DNA of 51,062 nt. It comes from Candidatus Woesebacteria bacterium GW2011_GWB1_33_22. Its GTDB lineage: Bacteria; Patescibacteriota; Microgenomatia; UBA8517. The DNA lies in NCBI GenBank assembly GCA_000989765.1, contig LBOW01000004.1:1-51062 (forward strand). Reading direction: 5' to 3'. Both the position numbers and the translations under genes were made by a program. Positions 26,694 through 37,395 of this stretch are shown one piece after another. Within the stretch, counting starts at the first letter, position 1, and the number at the start of each line of letters is the position of its first letter. Below the pieces are notes generated by a model that saw nothing but the letters and a program-made list of their open reading frames with translations, had not been told where the DNA came from and made no database searches.

Positions 26694-27332
26694 ATGACAG
26701 TTTCAAGAACAGCTCCAGTAATCTACAAAAGACAGGCCCAAATTTTGGACTTTATCAAACAGTCGATTGAAAACACAGGGTTTGCACCTACCTTAAGAGA
26801 CATTGCAAATGCAATTGGTGTTAATTCTTTAGCTACCGTTCATGAACACGTACAAGGATTAGTTGAGAAAGGGCTATTAAAGAGAACCTCTGGAAGACTT
26901 CGAAAAATGGAACTTACAACTGACATCAATACCAATAACGAGGGAATAACAGTTCCAATTTTAGGCTACATTGCAGCAGGATCACCTATTGAACCTATGA
27001 CTGATCCTTCTGCTCACATGTCAATTCCTCCAAATTTTGCCAGTAAAACAAAAAGAGTTTATGTTTTGCAAGTTAGAGGCCAATCAATGATTGAAGATCA
27101 TATTGATGATGGAGATTTTGTAATTTGTGAACAAGTAGAAACCGCAAATAATGGTGAAATAGTCGTAGCACTTCTTCGAAATGGTATGGCTACTTTAAAA
27201 AGATACTTTAAAGAAGCGACTCGCATTAGGCTTGAACCAGCAAATGCTAAGATGTCTCCTATCTTTGCAAAGGAAGTAGTAATCCAAGGAAGAGTTGTGG
27301 GACTAATTAGAAAATACCAATCCTTCAAGTAA
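26694..27332 (+). CDS. lexA: SOS repressor LexA
   Basis: Winged HTH (PTLRDIA), IAAG cleavage site, GQSM Ser, TLKR Lys. Confidence 0.96.
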   Translation: MTVSRTAPVIYKRQAQILDFIKQSIENTGFAPTLRDIANAIGVNSLATVHEHVQGLVEKGLLKRTSGRLRKMELTTDINTNNEGITVPILGYIAAGSPIEPMTDPSAHMSIPPNFASKTKRVYVLQVRGQSMIEDHIDDGDFVICEQVETANNGEIVVALLRNGMATLKRYFKEATRIRLEPANAKMSPIFAKEVVIQGRVVGLIRKYQSFK

Positions 27333-28967
27333 ATTTCTGCCCGTCATTTGAGTTGGCACAGTTAAACCCAAAAGATTTAAAATAGTTGGAGCAACATCAG
27401 CCAAGATTCCTGAAGGCAAAGTCTCTCCTCGTCCTGTAAAATCTTTTGATATTACTATTAATGGAACAGGATTACTTGAATGCTCTGTTTCTATCTGACC
27501 AGATTGAGCATCAATCATTTCTTCACAATTGCCGTGATCTGCTGTTATAACTAGACACCCGTCATAGGCCAAGGCAAAATTGGCAAGCCTAGCTACGCAT
27601 TCATCGGTAACCTGACAGGCTTTTACAGCCGAACCAATATTGCCTGTATGACCAACCATGTCAGGGTTGGCATAGTTAATTAGTATGAATTTATAATCAA
27701 AGTTTGATTTAAGTTGGGCAAGTACTGAATCAGTTAATTCAATTGCACTCATTTCAGGTTTTAAATCATAGGTAGCTACTTTAGGGGACGGAACAATTAA
27801 ATGGTCCTCAAGATCAAACGGTGTTTCCTGTTGACCATTAAAATAAAAAGTTACAAATTTTTCCTTTTCACTTTCTGAGGATCTGAGTTGTCTAAAACCA
27901 TTATCTGATATTACACGTCCAAACGGCATATCAACTGTTTCTGGAGGAAAGGCAACTACTGAGCCCTCTTCTACTAAAATTTTTTCATATTCGGTCATAG
28001 TAGCAAAATAGAGATTATTAAGTCTGGATGGTCTATTAAAAGCTACTTCTAATTCTTGTGTTGGATTTGTACTTATATGTTTTTTTAGATATTTAACTCT
28101 AAACGGATCAAAAGAAATATTGGCAGTAGCCTTTGAAAAATCATTAAAAACAAATGCACGGCTTAACTGTCTTGGTCTATCAACCCTGAAGTTAAAAAAT
28201 ATAACAGAATCATTATCAGTTATAAGTTTAAGAGGTTTACCGTCACTACCCATAATTAGAGCAGGATCAATAAATTCGTCAGTTTTACCATTATCATATG
28301 AAGCTGAAATTGCTTCCTCTGGAGTTTTAACTAAATTACCTTGACCTTTAGTTAATGCATTATAAGCTTTTTCAGTTCTATCCCATCTAAAATCTCTATC
28401 CATTGCCCAATAGCGTCCCATAAGAGAGGCTATTTGACCAACATTTTCTCTTTTAATAACTTCCTTTATTTTGTTCAAATATACTTTTGCAGCTGTGGGA
28501 GGAGAATCCCTTCCATCTGTAAAAAGATGTAAAAATACTCTGTCGAATTTATTTCTACTACAAAGCTGGATGAGGGCAAAAAGATGTTCAAGATTTGAAT
28601 GAACTCCACCTGCGCCTGTTAAACCCATTATATGAAGATTTGAGTTAAATTTAGTAGCGTGTTCAATTGAGCCAAGCAAAGTTTGGTTAGAAAAAAATGT
28701 CCCATCAGCTATTGACATATTAATTCTCATTAAATCCTGATAAATGATTCGTCCAGCCCCTAAATTCAGGTGTCCTGTTTCAGTATTTCCAGCTTCGCCT
28801 CGAGGCAATCCAACAGATTCTCCTGCAGCTTGTAATTCAGTATGAGGATATCCAACACTATATCTATTCATATTAATACAATTTGCAATAGAAATTGCAT
28901 TACCTGCTGAAGGAGCAGAAATACCCCAACCGTCTAAAATTGCCAGTATTACAAATTTGGGGATCAT
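27303..28967 (-). CDS. gpmI: 2,3-BPG-independent phosphoglycerate mutase
   Basis: ILDGWG, GNTETGH, DGRD, DMVGHTG, TADHGN. Confidence 0.96.
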   Translation of the reverse strand: MIPKFVILAILDGWGISAPSAGNAISIANCINMNRYSVGYPHTELQAAGESVGLPRGEAGNTETGHLNLGAGRIIYQDLMRINMSIADGTFFSNQTLLGSIEHATKFNSNLHIMGLTGAGGVHSNLEHLFALIQLCSRNKFDRVFLHLFTDGRDSPPTAAKVYLNKIKEVIKRENVGQIASLMGRYWAMDRDFRWDRTEKAYNALTKGQGNLVKTPEEAISASYDNGKTDEFIDPALIMGSDGKPLKLITDNDSVIFFNFRVDRPRQLSRAFVFNDFSKATANISFDPFRVKYLKKHISTNPTQELEVAFNRPSRLNNLYFATMTEYEKILVEEGSVVAFPPETVDMPFGRVISDNGFRQLRSSESEKEKFVTFYFNGQQETPFDLEDHLIVPSPKVATYDLKPEMSAIELTDSVLAQLKSNFDYKFILINYANPDMVGHTGNIGSAVKACQVTDECVARLANFALAYDGCLVITADHGNCEEMIDAQSGQIETEHSSNPVPLIVISKDFTGRGETLPSGILADVAPTILNLLGLTVPTQMTGRNLLEGLVFSN

Positions 28968-30226
28968 GTAATTGCTTCAAGTTCTAACTCTATGGCAGAT
29001 AATCTATTATACTTCGCAACCCTCTCTCCTCGCGCTGGAGCACCAAATTTAGCATAATCTGAGGCAATCCCAACAGCAAAATCTGCAATAAATGAATCAT
29101 TAGTCTCTCCCGATCTGTGAGAGGTAATTAATTTCCAGTTTACGTCTTTGGCCATTTTAACAACTTGTAAGGTTTCAGTAACTGTACCAATTTGATTAGG
29201 TTTAATAACTGCCCCATTACAAGCTTTCTCATCAATTGCTTTTTGCATTCTTTTGGGGTTTGTTACTAAGAGATCATCACCAACCACTGTGACTGAACCT
29301 GAAAGTTCTGTAGTTAATTTTTTCCAACTATCCCAAGCATCCTCCTGAAAAGCATCTTCCAAAATAGCTAATTTATAATTACTGATTAGTTCTTTGTAAT
29401 AATCCAAAAGTTGGTTATCAGAAAGAGAACTGGATCTATCTCTTATAGTGTAGTTTCCATTTTTATAGAAACTATTGGCTGCAACATCTAGACCTAAAAA
29501 GACATCACGACCTAACGAGTAATTTGTTTGTTTAACAGATTCAACAAATACTTCGAACGCATCGGCGTTTGTAAACAAATTTGGAGCATATCCACCCTCA
29601 TGACCCACGGAGTGAATAGCACCACGGCGAGCTAAATTATCACCAATTGTCTGATATATTTCTACTGCCATCTGTAATCCATCAGAAAATTTTTTATTTG
29701 TTGCTGGAATCATCCAGAATTCTTGAAAGTCCAAATTTCCCGCTCCGTGTAGACCGCCATTAATCATATTTAATAATGGTGTTGGAATTTTAACTCCTTT
29801 TTTCATACCACGTTCGACAGATAATTCATTAATCCAAGTATAAAGAGCCTTATTTTGTGATGAGGCTGCGATTTTACAAACAACTTCAGAAATAGCCAAG
29901 ATTGAGTTCCCTCCAAATTTTGTTTTGTTTTCGGTTCCATCAAGAGAAATTAATTTTTGATCAATTTCAGATTGTTTTGTTGGATCCATACCAGTAATTG
30001 CTGGACCTAATATTTTATTTATGTTCTCCACTGCCTTTAAGACTCCTTCACCGTGATATCTAGTTAAATCCTTATCTCTTAATTCTAATGCTTCATGACT
30101 ACCTGTTGACGTACCTGCAGGAACCGAGGCGGTTGCAAACCTACCATCGTCAAGTTGACAATAACATTCAACTGTAGGTACACCTCTACTATCCAAGATT
30201 TCTCTAGACCATATTCTCTTGATCAT
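28964..30226 (-). CDS. eno: Enolase
   Basis: REILDSRG, EALELRD, SHRSGET, ERVAKYN. Confidence 0.97.
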   Translation of the reverse strand: MIKRIWSREILDSRGVPTVECYCQLDDGRFATASVPAGTSTGSHEALELRDKDLTRYHGEGVLKAVENINKILGPAITGMDPTKQSEIDQKLISLDGTENKTKFGGNSILAISEVVCKIAASSQNKALYTWINELSVERGMKKGVKIPTPLLNMINGGLHGAGNLDFQEFWMIPATNKKFSDGLQMAVEIYQTIGDNLARRGAIHSVGHEGGYAPNLFTNADAFEVFVESVKQTNYSLGRDVFLGLDVAANSFYKNGNYTIRDRSSSLSDNQLLDYYKELISNYKLAILEDAFQEDAWDSWKKLTTELSGSVTVVGDDLLVTNPKRMQKAIDEKACNGAVIKPNQIGTVTETLQVVKMAKDVNWKLITSHRSGETNDSFIADFAVGIASDYAKFGAPARGERVAKYNRLSAIELELEAIT

Positions 30227-32489
30227 AAATCACCTTTCTAACTCTATTAATTGCATCAGGATTAACAGATATACTACTAACTCCTGCCTTAACTAAAATT
30301 TCAATCATTTCATCATAACTACTTGCAGCTTGACCACATATTGAAGATGTTATGCCATATTTATGACAGGTTTTAATTATTCTTTTTAATGCCCAAATAA
30401 CTTCAGGGTTCATCTCATTAAATGCTGTCGCTACGGTTGAATTATCTCTATCTGTACCTTGAAGTAACATTGTTAAATCATTACTTCCAATTGATATTCC
30501 ATCGATGCCAACTTTAATAAATTCTTCAAGTAAAATAACATTTACAGGGATCTCAACCATCATCCAAAACTTAAAAGTTGGATCATCAAAAAGACCAGTC
30601 GCGTTAACAAGTCTTCTTACTCTTCGCAACTCTTCAGGGCTTCTTACAAAAGGTATCATAATCTGGAGATTATTGTACTTTTCTCTAACTTTTTTAAGAG
30701 CAGTTAGTTCTAGATTAAAGACTTCTGGATCAGAAATATACCTAAAGGCTCCACGAAATCCAAGCATAGGATTAGGCTCTTGTGGTTCCCAGTTTTTACC
30801 TCCCTCAAGACTTCGATATTCATTAGTTTTGAAATCAGTTGCCCTATAGACAACCTGCCTTGGATAAAATGCGTCGCAAAATGTAGTTAAATTATTAACA
30901 AGTTTATTTATAAAAATATCTTGGGTTTTTCTTTTTATTGCTTCCTTGGGGTGGATTCCAATGCCTGCTATAATAAATTCAGCGCGCAGAAGACCTACAC
31001 CATCTACATTCATCTCAGAAACCTTTTTGGCCAAATCTGGTTCTGCTAAATTAACGTAGACTTTTGTAGCAGTTTTTAAGTTTTGACTTATTTTTATTTC
31101 ATCCTTTTTAACTATTAATTCTTCATTCTTAATTCCTCCTAGAAACACTTCACCTGTTTTACCATTAACTGTCACAATTTGGTCATCTTTTAATGTTTTA
31201 GTGGCCGTCTTTGTTCCCACTACACAAGGAGTTCCCATTTCGCGACTAACAATTGCAGCATGACTTGTCATGCCACCTTCATTAGTAACGATTGCTGAAG
31301 CCTTCTTCATTGCTGGTACATAATCAGGTGATGTCATTGGAGCGACTAAAACATCTCCTTTTTCAATTTTATCAATTTCTTTAGGAGATCGTAAAATTTT
31401 AACAACACCTGTTCCAATACCAGGTGAAGCTGGTATTCCTTTTAAAATAGGTGCTGTATTTTGCGTCAATTTATCATTTAGCTTTTTACCAGCTTCGCTG
31501 GCCAAGCTTCGCTTATCATTTACCTTTTCTATAGTTGTTATTGGCCTTGTTTGTACGATATAAATTTTACCCTTTTCTATTGCCCATTCTGTATCTTGTG
31601 GAAAATAATAATGCTCTTGAAGTTTTTGACCAATTTTAGCTAAAGAGACAATGTCAATATCTGTTAATTTGATTTTATCCCATAATTTCTTTGGTAGATC
31701 TCTTTCTTCAGTTTTATTATTTCTCTTGGTTAAAAGTTTTTCTTGAGTGTTTGCTTCTTTTGAAAGAATTGCAAAAGTTTCTTTTTGAACAACATAATGG
31801 TCGGGAATGTAAGCACCTTGGACAATCATTTCACCTAAACCCCAAACAGCGTCTATCACAATTCTGTCTTTTAGATTAGTCACGGGGTCGATAGAAAACA
31901 TGATTCCAGAGACTTCTGACTGAATCATTTTTTGTACAATTACAGAAATGCCTACCTTGTCATGTTTAATTTTATTTTGTACCCTGTAATAAATTGCCCT
32001 AGGAGTAAAAAGAGATGCCCAACATTCTCTAATTGCAATTTGTAAATTAGCTTCTCCTTTAATGTTTAAAAAAGTTGCTTGTTGACCTGCAAAACTCATC
32101 CCCGGCAAATCTTCCGCAGTTGCAGATGACCTAACGGCAACTAAGGCTTTAGAAAATCTGTTGGAGAGTTTTTTATAATATTTATCAACTTCATGAAATA
32201 CTACTTCAGGGAATTTTGACGTATTAATTAATTTTTGTAGTTTTTTGGAAGCATTTTCAAGCTGTGCTGGATCATTAACATTGGTAACAGCTAATATATC
32301 GTAAATTTTTGAAGATATATCATTTTCTTTCAAGAACAAATCATATGCAGGAACTGTAACAGCAAATCCGTTTGGAACAGGAAAACCTGCTTTGGTCATT
32401 TCACCTAAGTTTGCACCTTTTCCACCAACTAAAGAAAGATCGTCTTTATCTATATTTTTAAATTCAACAACTAACGGCAGTGAGGTCAT
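30204..32489 (-). CDS. ppsA: Phosphoenolpyruvate synthase
   Basis: GGKGANLGEM, VRSSATAED, TSHAAIVSRE, SIGSNDLT. Confidence 0.96.
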   Translation of the reverse strand: MTSLPLVVEFKNIDKDDLSLVGGKGANLGEMTKAGFPVPNGFAVTVPAYDLFLKENDISSKIYDILAVTNVNDPAQLENASKKLQKLINTSKFPEVVFHEVDKYYKKLSNRFSKALVAVRSSATAEDLPGMSFAGQQATFLNIKGEANLQIAIRECWASLFTPRAIYYRVQNKIKHDKVGISVIVQKMIQSEVSGIMFSIDPVTNLKDRIVIDAVWGLGEMIVQGAYIPDHYVVQKETFAILSKEANTQEKLLTKRNNKTEERDLPKKLWDKIKLTDIDIVSLAKIGQKLQEHYYFPQDTEWAIEKGKIYIVQTRPITTIEKVNDKRSLASEAGKKLNDKLTQNTAPILKGIPASPGIGTGVVKILRSPKEIDKIEKGDVLVAPMTSPDYVPAMKKASAIVTNEGGMTSHAAIVSREMGTPCVVGTKTATKTLKDDQIVTVNGKTGEVFLGGIKNEELIVKKDEIKISQNLKTATKVYVNLAEPDLAKKVSEMNVDGVGLLRAEFIIAGIGIHPKEAIKRKTQDIFINKLVNNLTTFCDAFYPRQVVYRATDFKTNEYRSLEGGKNWEPQEPNPMLGFRGAFRYISDPEVFNLELTALKKVREKYNNLQIMIPFVRSPEELRRVRRLVNATGLFDDPTFKFWMMVEIPVNVILLEEFIKVGIDGISIGSNDLTMLLQGTDRDNSTVATAFNEMNPEVIWALKRIIKTCHKYGITSSICGQAASSYDEMIEILVKAGVSSISVNPDAINRVRKVIYDQENMV
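31110..31137. repeat. Heptamer array in ppsA linker
   Basis: AACTATT AATTCTT CATTCTT AATTCCT, encoding GIKNEELIV. Confidence 0.55.
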
Positions 32490-33502
32490 CTATTTAATAT
32501 AGCAGATTTAAGTTTTAATATCCAAGGCTCAGGCCCTGGATCATCATTTCTTAGGATTGAAAGGTGAAATCCAATCCATGTGCAATAATGTACAATCTCA
32601 AAAAGCTGACCTAAAAAGCCTTTTGATTTAAGAATATAACTTTTATAATTTAATCCCATCTCATCAAACAAATCTTTGGTAATTTTATATCTAAGTTTAA
32701 TTCTTTCGTTATCTAATTTACTTTCAAAAAAAAGATATTTATTTTTTAAGACTAAGGCAGGCTCTTTTAAGGCTTCGATTAAAACATGGTTCACTTCAGG
32801 AAAATCATAAAATTGGGTAAACACTCTACCAATTTCACAAACAGCATTACGTCCTGCATTAAGTGCACCTAAAAATATTTTAGAACCAAAAAATACTGGT
32901 AAACTCCCTTCTAACCATTTAGCAGTATCCTGTGCATTCCAAGTCTTTCTAACTTCAACTAATTCATCTAATGCTGAATTTATTTCAGATTCTGCATTTT
33001 TTAAAAACCCAACTTTCTCTAGAACTCCAACTAAGGCTCCAAACGAAACGCCTAGACCTGATTTTGGATAACCAGAAGGATTGGTATCACCTGCCGAAAA
33101 AACGGCACCCTTTATCTCACCAGATTTAATTAAATCTCCAATTTTACCGCCTGTTGATGTACCTACAATTTGGCAATCAAACTTCCTAGCCGTGTCATGG
33201 GCAGAAATTGTCTCTTCAGTATTACCTGAATATGAGTTTAAAATCACTAAAGTCTTTTCATTAACCCAACCAGGGAGTCCATATCCGTTAAATATAGTCA
33301 GTGGAATTTTGTTTGTTTCTTCCTGCCAACTTTGAATTATTTTCCCAGCATTTGAAGAACCTCCCATACCAGAAATAATAATATTTTCATAACCTGTAAC
33401 CTGTAACCTATTACCTATAACCTCTTTATATGTTCTTTTAATTTGTTCAGGGAATAAATTAAGTGAATCCTCAATCCCCAACGAATCTAATTTATTTGTC
33501 AT
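32486..33502 (-). CDS. Bifunctional phosphoglucose/phosphomannose isomerase (SIS domain)
   Basis: GMGGS, SYSGNTEET, PEVNH. Confidence 0.88.
   Translation of the reverse strand: MTNKLDSLGIEDSLNLFPEQIKRTYKEVIGNRLQVTGYENIIISGMGGSSNAGKIIQSWQEETNKIPLTIFNGYGLPGWVNEKTLVILNSYSGNTEETISAHDTARKFDCQIVGTSTGGKIGDLIKSGEIKGAVFSAGDTNPSGYPKSGLGVSFGALVGVLEKVGFLKNAESEINSALDELVEVRKTWNAQDTAKWLEGSLPVFFGSKIFLGALNAGRNAVCEIGRVFTQFYDFPEVNHVLIEALKEPALVLKNKYLFFESKLDNERIKLRYKITKDLFDEMGLNYKSYILKSKGFLGQLFEIVHYCTWIGFHLSILRNDDPGPEPWILKLKSAILNR
33390..33424. repeat. Heptamer array in pgi/pmi
   Basis: TAACCTG TAACCTG TAACCTA TTACCTA TAACCTC, encoding EVIGNRLQVTGY. Confidence 0.85.
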
Positions 33503-34269
33503 AATAACTTTATTATTTCATTATAAATTGTTTTGTTATTAGCAACAACTAACGGGATTTGATTTATTGCGTTATATGCCCCTGCTTCTTTTGCAACCAT
33601 AAGTCCTGGCAAAATGTCATGGTCTTTTGGAGGATTAGAAAGGTTAATGTAGGCTTCACAACCTCCTTGAGCCAACCAACAAAGTGCACTGTTTTCATCT
33701 GCAAGACTTCTTAATCTATAGACATATTTGCCAATTTCTTTTAATTTGTTAAAGCTCCAATCATATTTATCTTGGTTTCTTTTAAAAGAAGGAATGTAGC
33801 AATATACAAAGGCTTCAGTAAGTTTAGTAATTTTAGAAACTTCAATTTGTTTGCCATTTTTGAAACTTCCTAAACTTAAAGCACTTGAATATAGAACATT
33901 TTCGAAAGGCCTGAAAATTGCTGAGCAAATAGTTTTTCGATTCTGTTGTAATGCAATTGAAACATTCCATTGGGGAATATCTCTAACAAACTCCTTTGTT
34001 CCATCTAATGGATCAATTATCCATTTAAATTCTGCATCAGGATTTGTTTCTCCTTGTTCTTCTGAAACAATGCCATGGTTTGGATATTTAGTTAAGATCG
34101 TGTCCACTAAATATTTTTCTGAAGCAAAATCTGCAGTTGTTGCTATATCTTGGATATCTTTTTGATTTATAACTTGGAAATTGTCCTTGTGCTTAAGAAT
34201 TATTTTTCCGGCTTTTAATGCCAAATTCTCCAAAAATATTTTTAACTCTTCAATATTATTCGAACGCAT
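33499..34269 (-). CDS. Inositol monophosphatase family protein (possible IMPase/FBPase)
   Basis: SEE, WIIDPLDGT. Confidence 0.9.
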   Translation of the reverse strand: MRSNNIEELKIFLENLALKAGKIILKHKDNFQVINQKDIQDIATTADFASEKYLVDTILTKYPNHGIVSEEQGETNPDAEFKWIIDPLDGTKEFVRDIPQWNVSIALQQNRKTICSAIFRPFENVLYSSALSLGSFKNGKQIEVSKITKLTEAFVYCYIPSFKRNQDKYDWSFNKLKEIGKYVYRLRSLADENSALCWLAQGGCEAYINLSNPPKDHDILPGLMVAKEAGAYNAINQIPLVVANNKTIYNEIIKLL

Positions 34270-35683
34270 GTATATTTACACCAGATTTCCAGTCAATCTC
34301 TGGATATTTTGTAAGTATTTCTTTAACTTTTAACTTTAGTTCGTCATACTTTTCTTGAGTTTTAGCTTCAAATTTAATTGTTACATATGGACCGTTTTGA
34401 CTAGCTCGAATAATAACCATTTCATCAAGGCTATCTGCCCTAAATCCATCTATATCAATATATTTAGCATCTGGAAATATAGTTTTTATGTCTTGACTTA
34501 TTTTTTCATTTATCAATTTAAATTTAATTGAATCAGCTAAACCTAATTTAATCTCAGGACTTGAAACATATTTAGGAATTTCCAAAACAGCCTCTCTAAA
34601 TGACTGGCTTTTTCGTTTTAAGTATGAGAACAACCTTAAAGTTGCAAAACAAGTGTCGTCATGTCCATAAGCATTATCCATAAAAAATATGTGGCCGGAG
34701 AGTTCACCACCAAATGGAGACCTCATTTCCTTAATTTTTGCTTTTATAAAACTATGACCAGTTAACCACATAACAGGCTTACCGCCTGATGACTCAATTA
34801 CATCTGAAGTAGCTTTCGAACAAAGAGTATTAAAAATAATTGGAGCTCCGGGCATATACTCTAGTATGTCCTTGGCAAAAATGGCTACTAAGACATCGTT
34901 CCAAATGAGATTACCTTCATTGTCAACAATTCCTATTCTATCTCCATCAGAATCATATGAAAGACCCATGTCAGCTTTTTCCTGAATAACTCTTTTTGCT
35001 AGTCTCTCTAATACATCTCGTTCAGTTGGATCTGGAGTACCTAATGGAAAACTTCCATCCAAATTTGTATTTTGTTCAATTACCTCACAGCCTGACTTTC
35101 GTAAAATATCAGGCAAAAATTTACCAGCAGTCGCATTCAAACCTTCGATGACTACTTTAAAACCAGCATTTTCAATAGGAACCCGCTTAAACAAGTCTTT
35201 GACATAGAAAGGAAAAACATCTTCGTTTGTTACTTTGCCTTTAGCGTCAAAGGTTTTAAAGTTCCCACTTTCTGCAATTTTCCTAATTTGTTGCACTTCG
35301 TCCGTTAAGAGAGTATCTGAAAATCCAACTGCGAGCTTCAATCCATTATAATTTGCAGGGTTATGTGAAGCTGTAATCATAGCTGCCCCTTTAGATAAAA
35401 AATGATATTGAGCAAAATAAAGAATTTGAGAAAGTGTTAAACCAATATCAAAAACGTTAATACCAGATTCTAATAAACCTTCAACAAATGCATTTTGATA
35501 TTTTTCTGAAGTTAATCTGACATCTCTTCCAACAACCGCCTCATTAATTCGTCTCTCAAACAAGAAAGTAGCATAAGCCTTACCTAAGGTATAATAAACA
35601 TCCTCATCAAGATCTTTATCTACAATTCCTCGGATATCATAACCTCTGAAGATTTCTGGATTTATATCTTTAATAATATTCAT
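34256..35683 (-). CDS. Phosphomannomutase/phosphoglucomutase
   Basis: FRGYDIRG, TASHNP, DSDGDR, GELSGH. Confidence 0.95.
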   Translation of the reverse strand: MNIIKDINPEIFRGYDIRGIVDKDLDEDVYYTLGKAYATFLFERRINEAVVGRDVRLTSEKYQNAFVEGLLESGINVFDIGLTLSQILYFAQYHFLSKGAAMITASHNPANYNGLKLAVGFSDTLLTDEVQQIRKIAESGNFKTFDAKGKVTNEDVFPFYVKDLFKRVPIENAGFKVVIEGLNATAGKFLPDILRKSGCEVIEQNTNLDGSFPLGTPDPTERDVLERLAKRVIQEKADMGLSYDSDGDRIGIVDNEGNLIWNDVLVAIFAKDILEYMPGAPIIFNTLCSKATSDVIESSGGKPVMWLTGHSFIKAKIKEMRSPFGGELSGHIFFMDNAYGHDDTCFATLRLFSYLKRKSQSFREAVLEIPKYVSSPEIKLGLADSIKFKLINEKISQDIKTIFPDAKYIDIDGFRADSLDEMVIIRASQNGPYVTIKFEAKTQEKYDELKLKVKEILTKYPEIDWKSGVNIHAFE

Positions 35684-35695
35684 TCTCAGTGCCTA

Positions 35696-36241
35696 TTAGC
35701 TTAAACGTTTTAGTATAAATAAGTCAAGAGCTAGCTTTAAATCTAACTTACTAGTTTTTGATTTAACATCAATTTCAGCCAATTCTGAGATCATCTGTCC
35801 CACCCCAGGGGTGGGATTTGTTTGGTATCTTTGCTTTAATTTCCAAGCAATCATGGCAAATATATATTCTACTGCGTTAGTTTTTAAAAGCTCATGAAAA
35901 CCCTTAATTGTCATATTATCCAAAAACTTCCAGAGTAAAATTGGAAGTTCATACTTTTCAACAGTATCGGCGTTCAAAGCTTTGAGCGATATTGCAGGGT
36001 GAAACCCTGCAGTGTAGACTATTAGGGTTCCTGATATTTTTTTGATCAAATTTAATTCATTTTTGCCTATTAGTTTGTAATCTCTAATTATAATTAATTT
36101 TTCAGTTCCAAAAAGTGAAGGTGTGTCTTCAATTTTGTCGTTAACTATGTCCCAACCTCTTTTTTTAGCTTCTGTAATAAATTTAGTGAGCCTTGAGTAA
36201 GACTTTTCTGTATCTGTTCCATGTAAAACTATTATTTTCAT
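35696..36241 (-). CDS. Reduced DNA polymerase III delta (HolA)-like protein
   Basis: IIVLHGTD N-terminus, TPSLFG, ELAEIDVKSKT...LALDLFI C-terminus. Confidence 0.55.
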   Translation of the reverse strand: MKIIVLHGTDTEKSYSRLTKFITEAKKRGWDIVNDKIEDTPSLFGTEKLIIIRDYKLIGKNELNLIKKISGTLIVYTAGFHPAISLKALNADTVEKYELPILLWKFLDNMTIKGFHELLKTNAVEYIFAMIAWKLKQRYQTNPTPGVGQMISELAEIDVKSKTSKLDLKLALDLFILKRLS

Positions 36242-36259
36242 ACTTGTAAGGTTCAACCT

Positions 36260-36706
36260 TTAAAGGTTGTCTAATTTGACAATCATCTGTCGGAGTTTGT
36301 CTTTAAAATTATTATGTCCAGACCTAGTGTGGGGTGTTAGACTTCCTGAAAAATTTTTAGGAATATGACTAAGTTCGTGTAACAGTACTTCATCTTGTTT
36401 TCTTTTATCTAATTTATCGAAATACTCTGAAATAACTTCAACAATGTAGGCGGGCTCAACATTTAAAGTTGTTTGCCAAAGACGAGGTAAACCCCATGTT
36501 CTAGCATAAGCGCGAGCGGTACTACCATGTGACCTGTAAAAAAATATTCTACCATAACTTAACCACTCTAAATCCAAGTCGATAATTAACTTTTTAACTC
36601 TACTTTGTATTTCGCTGTCGAGATCCCATTTAACCCCTGAAGATCTCTGACCCCTCTTTAATTTGTTCATCAAATTTAATGGCAACAGTTTCACCTTTGG
36701 GTGCAA
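36260..36706 (-). CDS. Putative metallopeptidase (start uncertain)
   Basis: AYARTWGL, VLLHELSHIP. Confidence 0.8.
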   Translation of the reverse strand: MHPKVKLLPLNLMNKLKRGQRSSGVKWDLDSEIQSRVKKLIIDLDLEWLSYGRIFFYRSHGSTARAYARTWGLPRLWQTTLNVEPAYIVEVISEYFDKLDKRKQDEVLLHELSHIPKNFSGSLTPHTRSGHNNFKDKLRQMIVKLDNL

Positions 36707-36875
36707 AATTTATTTTTTTAAAACCAACTTGGATAAAGATTATTTTCGGCTGAATAGAATCTTTAAGTCTATCCATTACACGAATATTATCATTAATAGA
36801 CAAATCAGAAATCAAGGTAACAATTGAAACACCAGTTTTTTCATAGTATTTACTAACTGTTCCCACCTTTAGCAT
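36630..36875 (-). CDS. Small beta-barrel protein (translation-factor/U32 C-terminal-like)
   Basis: KVGTVSKYYEKTGVSIV...KGETVAIK...EGSEIF. Confidence 0.6.
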   Translation of the reverse strand: MLKVGTVSKYYEKTGVSIVTLISDLSINDNIRVMDRLKDSIQPKIIFIQVGFKKINFAPKGETVAIKFDEQIKEGSEIFRG

Positions 36876-36879
36876 GACT

Positions 36880-37383
36880 TTAGTCAGAAACATTTGATTT
36901 AAGTTTAAATGCATGAGTAAGAGCTATTGCAAGTGCATCTGCACAATTATCAAAATGCGTTTTTTTATGCTTTTCACTTTTAACTTTATTGCCTAAAATC
37001 TTTCTAATATGCATCTGTACTTCTTTTTTATTAGATCTTCCACTACCCGTTATCATTTTTTTAATAGTTCCAGGAGCATACTCAAAAATGGTAACTTTGC
37101 TTTTGCCTGCAGCTAGTAACATTACTCCTTGTGCTTGACCAACCGCTATTGCTGTTTTAGCGTTAGTTGCAAAAAAAATCTTTTCAATACAAAAAACATC
37201 TGGTTTATGAAGTTTAATTAAAGTAAGTGTTTCTTCATAAATCTTTTCAAGTCTATGTTCCTTGAAGCCGTTCTTGTCAGTTTCTATTAAACCCCATTTG
37301 CCAACTTTAACTCCAGTTTTGCTCAATTCTACGATTCCATAGCCAGTAGTCGCCGTCCCCGGATCAATACCTAAAATTTTCAT
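36880..37383 (-). CDS. ruvC: Holliday junction resolvase RuvC
   Basis: ILGIDPG, IEKIFF, DALAIA. Confidence 0.96.
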   Translation of the reverse strand: MKILGIDPGTATTGYGIVELSKTGVKVGKWGLIETDKNGFKEHRLEKIYEETLTLIKLHKPDVFCIEKIFFATNAKTAIAVGQAQGVMLLAAGKSKVTIFEYAPGTIKKMITGSGRSNKKEVQMHIRKILGNKVKSEKHKKTHFDNCADALAIALTHAFKLKSNVSD

Positions 37384-37395
37384 TAAATAAGTATA

